This document shows positions 18,799 to 29,305 of a stretch of 64,000 nt of DNA, in pieces. Made by a program: the position numbers and the translations under genes. The notes below the pieces were generated by a model, which worked only from the letters and a program-made list of their open reading frames with translations, was not told where the DNA came from and made no database searches. The first letter of the stretch is position 1, and each line of letters starts with the position of its first letter. The DNA is from Burkholderiaceae bacterium (lineage in GTDB: Bacteria; Pseudomonadota; Gammaproteobacteria; Burkholderiales; Burkholderiaceae), in contig CANFOT010000002.1 of assembly GCA_947448625.1 (NCBI GenBank), forward strand, positions 27,809-91,808, in the 5' to 3' direction.

Positions 18799-20937
18799 TC
18801 ATTGAGTTGCGAGGCCCCCATGACGGAGCAGGGCATCAATATTTGGATCGCGACCTCTAAATGCTCTGAAGGAATCTGCGGCCGGGCGGCTACCACCCAC
18901 CTCGAGTATCTCCTTGCGATAACGTGTACCCGTTTTTTCATCAAGTACGCTGCCAGTGAGTTTTGCCGCCTCTTCAAAGGCAGAGTAAACATCTGCTGAA
19001 AGTACTTCTGCCCATTTGTAGCTGTAATAGCCTGCAGCATAACCTCCGGCGAATATATGGCTAAACGTATTGATCCACCGAGAGATCTCCGCCTGAGGAA
19101 TGACATTAAATTGATCGGCAATACTCCTGGATAAATCGAGCACTGCCTGGCCCTGCGCCTTCTTCGGTTCAAAACTGGCATGCAGACGCCAGTCTGTCAA
19201 TGACATCACAATCTGACGCAGTGTCATATAGCCATTTTGGAAATTCTTAGCGGCTAGCATTTTTTCAAATAATTCACGTGGGAGTGGTTTTCCGGTCTCG
19301 GCATGTGCTGTCATTCTCTCCAAAACCTCCCATTCCCAACAGAAATTTTCCATGAACTGGCTTGGCAGCTCAACAGCATCCCACTCAACACCATTGATGC
19401 CGGAGACGCCTAGGGCACTGACTTGCGTCAATAAATGATGCAAACCATGACCACTTTCATGAAAGAGGGTAATGACATCGTCATGAGTAATCGTCGGTTG
19501 GCGTAATACACCATCCACTTTCACGGGAGCAGCAAAGTTGCATACTAAATATGCCACTGGAATCTGGATTTCTCCATTGGGTAACTGTCGACGGCCACGA
19601 GCATCATCCATCCAGGCGCCACCCCGTTTACCAGGGCGTGCGTAGGGATCTAAATAGAAATAGGCAAGAACCTCTCCGGAATTGCCATTGACGGAAAAAG
19701 ACTGTACATCTCCATGCCAGGTGGGAAGATCGGCTGCTTTAATTTGCACGCCAAATAACGTTTGAATTACATCAAATAATCCCTCCAGTACCTTGGGTAG
19801 TGGAAAGTACTGTTTAAGCTCATTTTCAGAAAATGCGTAGCGTTCCTGCTTCAATCTTTCGGAGGCAAAAGCAATATCCCATGGCTCCAGTCCATCCGCA
19901 ATAGAGAGTTCGGATTTGGCAAACTCAGAAAGTTCGAGCCAGTCTTTAAGTGCAAAGGGTTTTGCTTTCTGTGCGAAGTTGGTTAAAAACGAATCTACTT
20001 CGTCAACGCTGCCAGCCATTTTGGGTGCCAAACTTAGTTCCGCATAGTTCTTGAATCCCAGCATACGAGCTTCTTCATCACGCAGTCTTAGCTGTTCAAG
20101 CATGTTATGAGTATTGTCCCAATCAAGCTTACCTTTGCTATATTGGGGTGCTAGCTCAGAGGCTCTTGTGACATAGGCCTCATACATTAGGCGACGGAAT
20201 GACTGATTCTCACAGTACTGCATCACTGGGTAATAAGATGGGAAGTGTAGTGAGAATGCCCATCCTTGTAGTTTTTTCTGTAGTGCAAGATCCGCAGCTG
20301 CGGCTATAGCATCATCCGGAAGTCCAGCTAGCTCAGCAATGTCTTCGACCACATGAATAAATCCATCTGTTGCGTCTAGCACATGATCAGAAAATGCTTT
20401 GCCTAGCAACGCCTGCTCATCTTGAATTTCTGCGAAGCGGGGTTTTTGTGGGTCGGGAAGCTCGGCTCCACCAAGACGAAAATCTCTTAGTGAATTTTCA
20501 ATTACCATCTTCTGGGCGGTATTGAGTTTATCAAATTGAGGGTTTTGACTCAGCTCTTTAAATTTTTGGTGAAGGGCTAAATTTTGACTTAAGCTAGAAA
20601 AGAATGCAGTTACCTTTGGCATTACTTCTCCATAGGCTGCTCGAAGTTCTGAAGTGTCTGCAACGCTATTTAGATGCGATATCACCCCCCAAGATCTGCT
20701 TAAGAATTCAGTAGCATCCTCAAGGGGCTCCACCAAGTCATTCCAGCTTGCAGGGGTTGCTGGGTCAACCGCATGATCTACCGCATGTTGAGCTTGTTCA
20801 AGTAGAAAATCAATTGCTGGCGCTATATCTGAAGGCTTGACCTCGGAGTAGGCGCAAATCCCTCTTCCGAAGGAGATTAGTGGGTTCTTTTGAAGATCAG
20901 TAGATGGCTTTGGGGGTGTTGATGTGGTCATCCCCAT
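18799..20937 (-). CDS. prlC: Oligopeptidase A (M3 family); start 20937 or 20931
   Basis: HESGHGLHH zincin motif, VELPSQFMENFCW, FSHIFAGGYAAGYYSY. Confidence 0.95.
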   Translation of the reverse strand: MGMTTSTPPKPSTDLQKNPLISFGRGICAYSEVKPSDIAPAIDFLLEQAQHAVDHAVDPATPASWNDLVEPLEDATEFLSRSWGVISHLNSVADTSELRAAYGEVMPKVTAFFSSLSQNLALHQKFKELSQNPQFDKLNTAQKMVIENSLRDFRLGGAELPDPQKPRFAEIQDEQALLGKAFSDHVLDATDGFIHVVEDIAELAGLPDDAIAAAADLALQKKLQGWAFSLHFPSYYPVMQYCENQSFRRLMYEAYVTRASELAPQYSKGKLDWDNTHNMLEQLRLRDEEARMLGFKNYAELSLAPKMAGSVDEVDSFLTNFAQKAKPFALKDWLELSEFAKSELSIADGLEPWDIAFASERLKQERYAFSENELKQYFPLPKVLEGLFDVIQTLFGVQIKAADLPTWHGDVQSFSVNGNSGEVLAYFYLDPYARPGKRGGAWMDDARGRRQLPNGEIQIPVAYLVCNFAAPVKVDGVLRQPTITHDDVITLFHESGHGLHHLLTQVSALGVSGINGVEWDAVELPSQFMENFCWEWEVLERMTAHAETGKPLPRELFEKMLAAKNFQNGYMTLRQIVMSLTDWRLHASFEPKKAQGQAVLDLSRSIADQFNVIPQAEISRWINTFSHIFAGGYAAGYYSYKWAEVLSADVYSAFEEAAKLTGSVLDEKTGTRYRKEILEVGGSRPAADSFRAFRGRDPNIDALLRHGGLATQ

Positions 20938-20988
20938 AGCTTAATCGACGATGAAAAATTTTGCCAATCAGGCGTCAATAGAGATTAA

Positions 20989-21849
20989 CTAGTTGGAAGG
21001 TTTGGCGGCTTTTTCTGCTGCCTCTAGGGTATTCATGAGCAGCATCGTGATAGTCATGGGACCAACTCCACCTGGCACGGGGGTAATCCAGCCAGCAACA
21101 TATTGGGCGGCATCAAAATCTACATCACCACAAAGCTTGCCGTCCGGCATGCGATTGATACCCACATCAATTACAACGGCACCATTCTTAACCATGTCAC
21201 CTGTAATCATTTTGGGCTTACCGGTGGCAACTACCAAAATATCGGCATCCTTAGTGTGATGTGTCAGGTCACGAGTTTTACTGTTGCAAATGGTGACTGT
21301 AGCGCCTGCTTGTAACAAGAGCATTGCCATTGGCTTACCAACAATATTTGATGCCCCTACAATCACAGCACGTGCACCACGTATTGGGTATTCAATACTT
21401 TCTAGAATCTTCATGCAACCATAAGGTGTACAGGGCTTAAACTCCGGTTGACCTACCATTAAGGCGCCAGCATTAGCGATGTGAAAGCCATCTACATCTT
21501 TTTCTGGTGCGATTGCTTCGAGCACGCGTTCAGTCGCAATGTGTTCAGGCAGAGGGAGTTGAACCAAGATGCCGTGGATTGCTGGGTCGGCATTCAGTGT
21601 TGCGATGCGAGCAAGCAGCTCCTCTTCTCCTAACTCTTCGGAGTAGCGTTCCAGTACGGAATGAAAGCCCACATCCTCGCAGGCTTTTACTTTGTTTCTG
21701 ACATACACCTGGCTTGCTGGATTTTCGCCGACAACAATCACAGCCAAGCCTGGTCTAATGCCCTTGGCGGTAACGATTGCTCCGCGTGCAGCGATTTCAG
21801 CGCGTAATTTTTTTGAAAGGGCGACACCATCGAGTAACTGTGCGGGCAT
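20989..21849 (-). CDS. folD: Methylenetetrahydrofolate dehydrogenase / cyclohydrolase
   Basis: [34 protein letters not shown]. Confidence 0.98.
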   Translation of the reverse strand: MPAQLLDGVALSKKLRAEIAARGAIVTAKGIRPGLAVIVVGENPASQVYVRNKVKACEDVGFHSVLERYSEELGEEELLARIATLNADPAIHGILVQLPLPEHIATERVLEAIAPEKDVDGFHIANAGALMVGQPEFKPCTPYGCMKILESIEYPIRGARAVIVGASNIVGKPMAMLLLQAGATVTICNSKTRDLTHHTKDADILVVATGKPKMITGDMVKNGAVVIDVGINRMPDGKLCGDVDFDAAQYVAGWITPVPGGVGPMTITMLLMNTLEAAEKAAKPSN

Positions 21850-21855
21850 AGGAGA

Positions 21856-22503
21856 TTAGTTTGGTTGTGGATCTGAGAGCGCCAAGCGGAGAAGGTCTGC
21901 AACGGTATTAACGTTGAGCTTTTCCATGATGTTAGCGCGGTGAGCTTCTACGGTTTTAATTGAAATACCCAGATCATCTGCAATCTGCTTATTCAGGCGG
22001 CCGGCTACTATCCGCTCAAGCACTTGGCGTTCTCGGCCAGTCAATTTGCTCAAAAGACTCTGAGTAATTTTTCTCTGACTTGCCTGAGAATAATCAACCC
22101 GGGCTTTTGCAAGCATGCGGTCCACTAATCCACACAAGTCATTTTCTTTAAAAGGTTTTTCTATGAAATCGACTGCACCACGTTTCATTGTGGAGACTGC
22201 CATGGATACGTCGCCATGACCGGTGATGAAGGCGACCGGCATTGGCAGATTTTCGCTAATTAAACGCTCTTGCAATTCCAGGCCAGACATACCGGGCATT
22301 CTGACATCCAGGATGGCGCAAGAGATAGTTGACTTATCAGTGCTTTGTAGGGATTGTAGAAATCGTTCGGCACTCGCATGGCACCGAACAACATAGCCAT
22401 TGCTTTCTAGTAACCAAGTGAGGGAGTCACGTACCGCTTCATCATCATCTACAACATAAACAACTTCAGCTTGATTGGGTTTGGTGGTGGCACTGATATT
22501 CAT
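21856..22503 (-). CDS. fixJ: FixJ/LuxR-family response regulator
   Basis: Receiver (VVDDD, DVRMP) plus LuxR HTH (NKQIADDLGISIKTVEAHRANIMEKL); synteny with Burkholderia fixLJ. Confidence 0.85.
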   Translation of the reverse strand: MNISATTKPNQAEVVYVVDDDEAVRDSLTWLLESNGYVVRCHASAERFLQSLQSTDKSTISCAILDVRMPGMSGLELQERLISENLPMPVAFITGHGDVSMAVSTMKRGAVDFIEKPFKENDLCGLVDRMLAKARVDYSQASQRKITQSLLSKLTGRERQVLERIVAGRLNKQIADDLGISIKTVEAHRANIMEKLNVNTVADLLRLALSDPQPN

Positions 22504-22540
22504 ATTAGCTCTCGTAGATAAATCTAAAAAATTGCATAAA

Positions 22541-25075
22541 TTAAATATTGCCCTTAGAGCCCGGAGATTCTATGGGTAGAAGTATTGTAAAGGTGCAGCC
22601 GGATAGCTTTGTATGTTCTGCATCCATCTGATTTTTTGCCCAGAGTCGACCCTGATGGGACTCAATTACAGATCTACAAATATTTAACCCCATACCCATG
22701 CCATCACTTTTGGTGCTAAAAAAGGGCTCAAACATGCGCTGGATTACAGATTCAGCGATTCCGGCGCCGGCATCGGTTACCTGGATCCGAAGCATGGCGG
22801 GGAAGGCGCTGGTATCTAGATCGGCTGAAATTCGTACTGGAGGGGCTGACCAGCGAGAAGATAGGGGGTAGACCTCTCTCAAGCTGTCTAGAGAATTTTT
22901 TAAGAGATTCACTAGAACCTGCAGAATTAAAACTGGGTCAAGATCAATCATTGGTAGGTTGGTAGCAAGGTCGGTGGTGATGCTGAGTCGATGGCGATGC
23001 GCTTCGATTTCCACTAGCCCAACTGCATCATTAATAATTTCGCTGATATCGCAGGATTTGCGTTGAGGCTCACTACGCTTTACAAAGCCCTTGATTCGCT
23101 GAATGATGGTTCCAGCTCTGTGCGCCTGATCAGATGCTTTTTCCAGTGCGGGAAGAATGTCTTTTTGCAGAGCTGGGTCTAGATGACCTTGCAGGCGTTT
23201 TGCTACACCCATGCAGTAATTTGAGATTGCCGCAAGAGGTTGATTTAATTCGTGAGCCAATGATGAAGCCATTTCTCCCATCGTAGTTAAGCGACTAGTA
23301 AATTGCATTCGCTCTTCTTGTTGGCGAGCCAAGTCATCAGCCTCAATCCGAATTGTAATATCCGTAGCAATCAAAAGTTGAGCCAAATGTCCATCTACCC
23401 ATGGAACATATCGCCTGCGAACCTCATACCATTTTGAAGTGCCTGTAACTCCATCTAATAGTTGGATCTCAAGTGATTCAGTTTCCTGATATGCGGCCGA
23501 TGATGGGATGCCATCATTCATCGGATCATCAGGCTTCTCAGTAAAGGCCGGTATTACATTGTCTTTGGCGTCGCTACCAGCGAGGTCAAAATGACCCTTA
23601 GCGGTATCGCCAAAACGTTCACGATAAAAACGGTTTGTAAATAGCAATTCTCCAGTTTCATTAGATACTACTGACACGGATGCATCTAGGCCTTCCAGAA
23701 CAGTGATAAAACGTTCTTGAGATGCTGCCAACTCTTCGCGAATTTTCTTGGGTTCTGAAATATCAATCAATGAGGTTACCCAGCCAGTTTGCGTACCTCT
23801 TTCATTAATCAGCGGTGCAATGAATGTGCGAGTTTGAATAATGGATCCGTTGCGGTGGAGGATTGAACCTTCAATACCAATCTTTTTATCGTGACTCAAA
23901 GCTAGTTTTAGGGCCTTATTCATTTTTTCGGCAAGAACCTCTCTTTGTCCTTCTGGCCAGAAAGCAAAAGGTGGATTCAGTCCGATGAGTTCTTCAGCTG
24001 ACCAGCCGGTCATCTCACAAAATGCAGGATTGACATAAGTAATGGTCTTATTCATGTCGTGCGCACGAATTCCAACTGGGGTGGAGTTTTCCATTGCACT
24101 ACGAAAATTGGTTTCCGCCCGAAGATTTGCTTCGGCCTCTTGCCTAACCTGCATTTGTTTGAGAACTGACCACAGGCTCCAAATTACAAAAGCGCTCAAG
24201 CCCAGCACAACGCCAATCAACATTCTGAAAGTTAAATTAGTGGCTGGCGGATAGGTATCTATTCGCAAGCTGAGGTTTGGGCTAAGAACTCCAATATCAA
24301 GACTGGTTTGATTGCTAAAAGCGCGCTTTGGTGTGTTTTTGTCTGATGAGATGGCGAGCACCTTTTCATCATCAGTAATCAAAGTAAATCTATATTGGCT
24401 TTTAAGCTCCCCAGGAATCATTTCTAGTAGACCTTGGGTCGTATACAGCACGGCGACCATCCCTTTGATTTCGTTACCGGAAATCTGAGGGACCGTTTGC
24501 CAAAATACGTTACGAATTTCTTTGGATAGCAGGTCGTCATTGGGAACTTCAAGGGTAATGAACTGGCTATAGGCAGGTCTATTTGTTGCGGTACTTAGTT
24601 CAAACGTTTTTTTTAGTTCGGTATTGAGGATTCCTGCATTATTGGTTTTATTGAACCAATTTGTTTTTAAGTTGTCCGCTGGAAGTTTCCATTGGCGCTG
24701 ATTGGCTTCATTGATCCAGATGATTTGTGCAATTTCATGATTGCTCTGCAATAAATTTTCCGCCTGAATAATGGCGTTATCTTTTAACTTCGCAGAATCA
24801 CCGGCGCTGACATATTCCCGCCCAATGGATTGAAGTACATCAGCATTGTTGGCAAAGCGCAGTTGGATGCGTTGCTTTGCAAGTGAAAGTTCTCTGAATA
24901 ATGCCGATTCTTGCTGGCTCTTTTCCTGAAGTTGTAGGGTGCCCATAATCACCCCCATTACTACTGTAAAGAGCACAATCGCTATTAAGGGTGTGTAGAC
25001 AAGCTTAAAACTCCGTATCCGACGGAGCCACTTCACTGGCTTTAATTGCCAAATTGAAAATGCAAATTTTTTCAT
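22541..25075 (-). CDS. fixL: PAS-domain membrane sensor histidine kinase (FixL-like)
   Basis: Two TM segments, PAS domains, GEMASSLAHELNQPL H-box, FFSTK.GMGMGL; divergent from aceE as in Burkholderia. Confidence 0.8.
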   Translation of the reverse strand: MKKFAFSIWQLKPVKWLRRIRSFKLVYTPLIAIVLFTVVMGVIMGTLQLQEKSQQESALFRELSLAKQRIQLRFANNADVLQSIGREYVSAGDSAKLKDNAIIQAENLLQSNHEIAQIIWINEANQRQWKLPADNLKTNWFNKTNNAGILNTELKKTFELSTATNRPAYSQFITLEVPNDDLLSKEIRNVFWQTVPQISGNEIKGMVAVLYTTQGLLEMIPGELKSQYRFTLITDDEKVLAISSDKNTPKRAFSNQTSLDIGVLSPNLSLRIDTYPPATNLTFRMLIGVVLGLSAFVIWSLWSVLKQMQVRQEAEANLRAETNFRSAMENSTPVGIRAHDMNKTITYVNPAFCEMTGWSAEELIGLNPPFAFWPEGQREVLAEKMNKALKLALSHDKKIGIEGSILHRNGSIIQTRTFIAPLINERGTQTGWVTSLIDISEPKKIREELAASQERFITVLEGLDASVSVVSNETGELLFTNRFYRERFGDTAKGHFDLAGSDAKDNVIPAFTEKPDDPMNDGIPSSAAYQETESLEIQLLDGVTGTSKWYEVRRRYVPWVDGHLAQLLIATDITIRIEADDLARQQEERMQFTSRLTTMGEMASSLAHELNQPLAAISNYCMGVAKRLQGHLDPALQKDILPALEKASDQAHRAGTIIQRIKGFVKRSEPQRKSCDISEIINDAVGLVEIEAHRHRLSITTDLATNLPMIDLDPVLILQVLVNLLKNSLDSLREVYPLSSRWSAPPVRISADLDTSAFPAMLRIQVTDAGAGIAESVIQRMFEPFFSTKSDGMGMGLNICRSVIESHQGRLWAKNQMDAEHTKLSGCTFTILLPIESPGSKGNI

Positions 25076-25196
25076 GTAATCCGCTTATTTTGCCTTATTC
25101 GATCCATTTTTCAGGCTTTTGGCTCTACCTGCGAAATATTTGCATCGCAACAAAATATCATATAGTGAGAAATATTATCATTATGTGGAAAATTGC

Positions 25197-25225
25197 TTGT
25201 TTACACCCATAGACCTTCCTAGAAT
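25197..25225 (+). promoter_or_regulatory. sigma70 promoter of the PDH operon
   Basis: TTGTTT-N17-TAGAAT upstream of the aceE SD (GGAGG). Confidence 0.6.
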
Positions 25226-25276
25226 ATTGCCTATAGAGTGAATAAATAAGACCGAAGTGACTAATGGAGGCAGTTT

Positions 25277-27973
25277 ATGGCAGCAGTTCCAGATCAAATA
25301 TTGGGTAGCGCAGGCAAGCAGGATGCAGACCCAGGTGAAACCCAAGAGTGGTTACAGGCTCTCGATGGCGTCATTCGGAATGAGGGCCCAGAACGTGCGG
25401 CCTATCTTATTGATCAACAAATTTCTCATGCGCGAGTAAATGGTGTAAATCAACCATTCCATGCAGAAACCCCCTATATCAATACTATTCCGGTAGACCA
25501 GCAAGCCCGCCTTCCGGGCGATCAAAATGTTGAGCACCGCATTCGATCCTACACACGTTGGAACGCAATGGCCATGGTCCTGCGCGCGAATAAGGACACA
25601 AACGTTGGTGGTCATATTTCCTCTTTTCAGTCGGCAGCTACTTTGTATGACGTAGGCTTTAATCATTTTTGGCATGCTCCATCTCCCGAGCACGGCGGCG
25701 ATTTGATATTTGTTCAGGGGCATTCTGCGCCCGGTGTTTATGCACGCGCATACATGTTGGGCCGTTTGTCAGATGATCAGCTGAATAATTTCCGTCAAGA
25801 GGTTGGAGGCAAGGGCATCTCTAGCTATCCTCATCCATGGTTGATGCCGGATTTTTGGCAGTTCCCAACGGTGTCTATGGGCCTTGGCCCCATTATGGCT
25901 ATTTATCAGGCGCGATTTATGCGCTACATGCAGGACCGCGGATTCATTAAGGCCGAGGGACGCAAAGTTTGGGCCTTCCTAGGTGATGGCGAAACAGATG
26001 AGCCAGAATCACTTGGCGCTATTGGTATGGCTGGTCGTGAGAAATTGGACAATCTCATCTTCGTGGTGAACTGTAACTTGCAACGTCTAGATGGTCCAGT
26101 GCGCGGTAATGGCAAGATCATCCAAGAGCTTGAAGGTGAGTTCCGCGGTGCTGGTTGGAATGTAATTAAGGTTGTATGGGGCGGTCATTGGGATGCTTTA
26201 TTCGCGCGAGATAAAAAAGGCATCTTGATGCAGCGTCTTGGTGAAATCGTTGACGGTCAGTACCAGACCATGAAGGCTAAGAACGGCGCTTACGTACGCG
26301 AAATCGTATTTAATACTCCCGAGTTAAAAGCACTAGTCAGCGACTGGAGTGACGAAGAAATTTGGCAGCTCAATCGTGGCGGTCATGATCCTCATAAAGT
26401 ATTTGCAGCCTTCCATTCAGCCGTAAATCACAAGGATCAGCCTACAGTGATCTTGGCTCATACCATTAAGGGCTACGGTATGGGTGGGTCCGGTGAGGCA
26501 ATGAATATTGCTCACCAAGCTAAGAAAATGAACGCTGATGATGTACGTCGTTTCCGTGATCGTTTTGAGATCCCGGTTAAAGATGAGCAACTAGATGAAA
26601 TGCCTTTGGTGAAATTTGCCGAGGGCAGTCCAGAGCTCGACTACATGAAGGCTCGCCGCCAAGAATTGGGTGGCTATTTGCCGCAGCGCCGTATGAAGGC
26701 TGAGAGCTTACCGGTTCCTGCGCTTGACGTTTTTGCTCCATTGTTAGAGGCAACTACTGAGGGCCGTGAGATCTCAACAACAATGGCTTTTGTGCGGATG
26801 CTTAATACTATTGTGCGCGACAAGGTTTTGGGTAAGAGGGTTGTTCCGATTGTTCCGGATGAGTCCCGCACCTTTGGTATGGAAGGCATGTTCCGCCAAT
26901 TGGGTATTTGGAATCAATTGGGTCAGCTTTACACCCCAGAAGATCATGATCAATTGATGTTCTATAAAGAGGATAAGACCGGCCAGATTTTGCAAGAAGG
27001 CATTAATGAGGCTGGTGGTATGTGCGATTGGATCGCTGCCGCAACTTCGTACTCAACCCACGGTGTGCCGATGTTGCCTTTCTACATCTTCTACTCCATG
27101 TTTGGTTTTCAGCGTATTGGCGACCTCTGTTGGGCTGCTGGTGATATGCGTAGCCGTGGTTTCTTATTGGGTGGCACTGCCGGCAGAACCACCCTGAATG
27201 GTGAAGGCCTTCAGCACGAAGATGGCCATAGCCAAGTATGGAGCGCTGCCATTCCAAACTGTATTAGCTACGACCCTTCATTCTCATTTGAAGTTGCGGT
27301 AGTGATTCAGGATGGTATGCGTCGCATGCTGGCTGAACAAGAAGATGTCTACTACTACATCACCTTGATGAATGAGAACTACGCTCATCCAGCAATGCCA
27401 AAGGGTGCAGAAAAAGACATCATTAAAGGCATGTACAAACTCAAGTCGGTTGGCGATGACAAAGCTAAATTACGAGTACAGCTTTTAGGTTCCGGGACGA
27501 TTTTCCGTGAAGTCATCGAAGCTGCTGAAATCTTGCACAAGGACTGGGGTATTGCTTCCGATCTATGGGGTTGCCCAAGCTTTACAGAGTTGGGTCGTGA
27601 TTGGAATGCGGTGCACCGTAACAACTTGTTAAATCCAACGGCTGCACCAACGCCGTCCCATGTTGAAAAATGCCTAAAAGATACAACTGGTCCTATCGTT
27701 GCCGCAACAGATTACGTACGTTTATTTGCAGAACAAATTCGTCCTGCGATTCAACATATGGGGCGTCGTTTCGAGGTGTTGGGGACTGATGGTTTTGGTC
27801 GTTCTGATACTCGTGAAAAATTACGCGATTTCTTTGAGGTGGATCGCCGCTGGGTTGTGTTAACGGCCTTACGTTCTTTGGTGGATGCTGGTCAGCTGGA
27901 TCGTCAAAAGCTAGTAGAGGCAATCAAGAAATATGAAATCGATACCACCAAACCAAACCCAATGATGGTTTGA
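25277..27973 (+). CDS. aceE: Pyruvate dehydrogenase E1 (homodimeric)
   Basis: DADPGETQEW, GDGETDEPES TPP motif, NCNLQRLDGP, GLQHEDGHS. Confidence 0.98.
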   Translation: MAAVPDQILGSAGKQDADPGETQEWLQALDGVIRNEGPERAAYLIDQQISHARVNGVNQPFHAETPYINTIPVDQQARLPGDQNVEHRIRSYTRWNAMAMVLRANKDTNVGGHISSFQSAATLYDVGFNHFWHAPSPEHGGDLIFVQGHSAPGVYARAYMLGRLSDDQLNNFRQEVGGKGISSYPHPWLMPDFWQFPTVSMGLGPIMAIYQARFMRYMQDRGFIKAEGRKVWAFLGDGETDEPESLGAIGMAGREKLDNLIFVVNCNLQRLDGPVRGNGKIIQELEGEFRGAGWNVIKVVWGGHWDALFARDKKGILMQRLGEIVDGQYQTMKAKNGAYVREIVFNTPELKALVSDWSDEEIWQLNRGGHDPHKVFAAFHSAVNHKDQPTVILAHTIKGYGMGGSGEAMNIAHQAKKMNADDVRRFRDRFEIPVKDEQLDEMPLVKFAEGSPELDYMKARRQELGGYLPQRRMKAESLPVPALDVFAPLLEATTEGREISTTMAFVRMLNTIVRDKVLGKRVVPIVPDESRTFGMEGMFRQLGIWNQLGQLYTPEDHDQLMFYKEDKTGQILQEGINEAGGMCDWIAAATSYSTHGVPMLPFYIFYSMFGFQRIGDLCWAAGDMRSRGFLLGGTAGRTTLNGEGLQHEDGHSQVWSAAIPNCISYDPSFSFEVAVVIQDGMRRMLAEQEDVYYYITLMNENYAHPAMPKGAEKDIIKGMYKLKSVGDDKAKLRVQLLGSGTIFREVIEAAEILHKDWGIASDLWGCPSFTELGRDWNAVHRNNLLNPTAAPTPSHVEKCLKDTTGPIVAATDYVRLFAEQIRPAIQHMGRRFEVLGTDGFGRSDTREKLRDFFEVDRRWVVLTALRSLVDAGQLDRQKLVEAIKKYEIDTTKPNPMMV

Positions 27974-27988
27974 TAAGAGACGGATACT

Positions 27989-29296
27989 ATGAGCCAATTA
28001 ATAGATATTAAAGTCCCCGACATTGGGGATTATAAAGATGTGCCTGTCATCGAGGTATTAGTAAAAGCTGGTGACCGTGTCGAAAAAGAGCAGTCCATTG
28101 TTGTTTTGGAGTCTGACAAGGCCACCATGGATGTTCCTTCTTCCCACACTGGTGTGGTGAAAGAGGTCAAGGTTAAGGTGGGCGACTCTATTTCTGAAGG
28201 TGCTATTGTGCTCGTGCTTGAAGAGAGTGGTGTAACAGCTCCGGCTGCTACTCAAACTGCCGCTCCTGCGGTTGTGAAGGCGGAGCCTGCGGCGGCACCA
28301 GCTCCAAAAATTGAGCCCCCGATTGTGCGTGCGCCACCACCACCGCCTGTCAGCAATACTCCAGTAGAGATCGATCCAACGGCAAGTCATGCTAGCCCTT
28401 CGGTGCGCAAGTTTGCTCGCGAACTTGGTGTAGCAGTTCATCAGGTGAAGGGTTCTGGCCCTAAAGGCAGAATTACTCAAGAAGACGTTCAGGCATTTGT
28501 AAAAGCTGCGATGAGTGGCGGAGCGGGTAGTGGAGCGAGTGCATCTGGTGGAAGCTTAGGTGGGCTGAATTTAATTCCGTGGCCAAAGGTTGATTTTGCT
28601 AAATTTGGCGAGACAGAGCGTCAGCCATTAAATCGTATTAAGAAATTGACCGCAGCAAACCTTGGTCGTAACTGGGTCATGATTCCTGCTGTGACTTATC
28701 ACGAAGATGCGGATATTACTGATCTTGAGGCATTTAGAGTTCTCACCAATAAGGAGAATGAAAAGCAGGGCCTCAAAATCACGATGTTGGCTTTCTTAAT
28801 GAAGGCTGCTGTGGCTGCCCTTAAAAAGTTCCCCGAGTTCAATAGCTCTATCGACGGTGATGATTTGGTATTGAAAAAGTATTTCAATATTGCTTTTGCC
28901 GCTGATACGCCAAATGGTTTAGTGGTGCCAGTGATCCGTGATGCCGATAAAAAAGGAATCTTTGAACTTGCTCGCGAAACTTCCGAGTTGGCTGCACTGG
29001 CGCGTGATGGCAAATTAAAACCAGAACAAATGCAGGGCGCTAGCTTCACCATTTCTTCCTTGGGCGGTATTGGTGGAACGTATTTCTCGCCTATCGTCAA
29101 TGCGCCTGAGGTAGCAATTCTGGGTGTAAGCAAAGCTGCCATGAAGCCAGTTTGGGATGGCAAGCAATTTGTGCCGCGCTTAATTTGCCCATTGTCATTA
29201 AGCGCAGACCATCGCGTGATTGATGGTGCTTTGGCAACGCGTTTCAATGTCTATATCGCTCAGCTGATGTCCGACTTCCGTCGCGCAGCACTATAA
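27989..29296 (+). CDS. aceF: Dihydrolipoamide acetyltransferase E2 (one lipoyl domain)
   Basis: ESDKA lipoyl motif, HASPSVRKFAREL, DHRVIDGA. Confidence 0.97.
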   Translation: MSQLIDIKVPDIGDYKDVPVIEVLVKAGDRVEKEQSIVVLESDKATMDVPSSHTGVVKEVKVKVGDSISEGAIVLVLEESGVTAPAATQTAAPAVVKAEPAAAPAPKIEPPIVRAPPPPPVSNTPVEIDPTASHASPSVRKFARELGVAVHQVKGSGPKGRITQEDVQAFVKAAMSGGAGSGASASGGSLGGLNLIPWPKVDFAKFGETERQPLNRIKKLTAANLGRNWVMIPAVTYHEDADITDLEAFRVLTNKENEKQGLKITMLAFLMKAAVAALKKFPEFNSSIDGDDLVLKKYFNIAFAADTPNGLVVPVIRDADKKGIFELARETSELAALARDGKLKPEQMQGASFTISSLGGIGGTYFSPIVNAPEVAILGVSKAAMKPVWDGKQFVPRLICPLSLSADHRVIDGALATRFNVYIAQLMSDFRRAAL

Positions 29297-29305
29297 GGAA
29301 AAGAG

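Noticed and set aside
18786-19181. 131-aa alternative-frame ORF over the prlC 3' end
   Set aside because: Shadow ORF overlapping a well-conserved gene; no motifs.
28230-28360. Ala/Pro-rich low-complexity stretches in aceF (and lpdA, about 29540-29630)
   Set aside because: Ordinary flexible linkers of 2-oxoacid dehydrogenase subunits, not DNA repeats.
28699-29247. 182-aa antisense ORF within aceF, and similar antisense ORFs in sdhA, leuC, asd and lpdA
   Set aside because: Expected from codon bias of highly expressed genes; no SD or family motifs.
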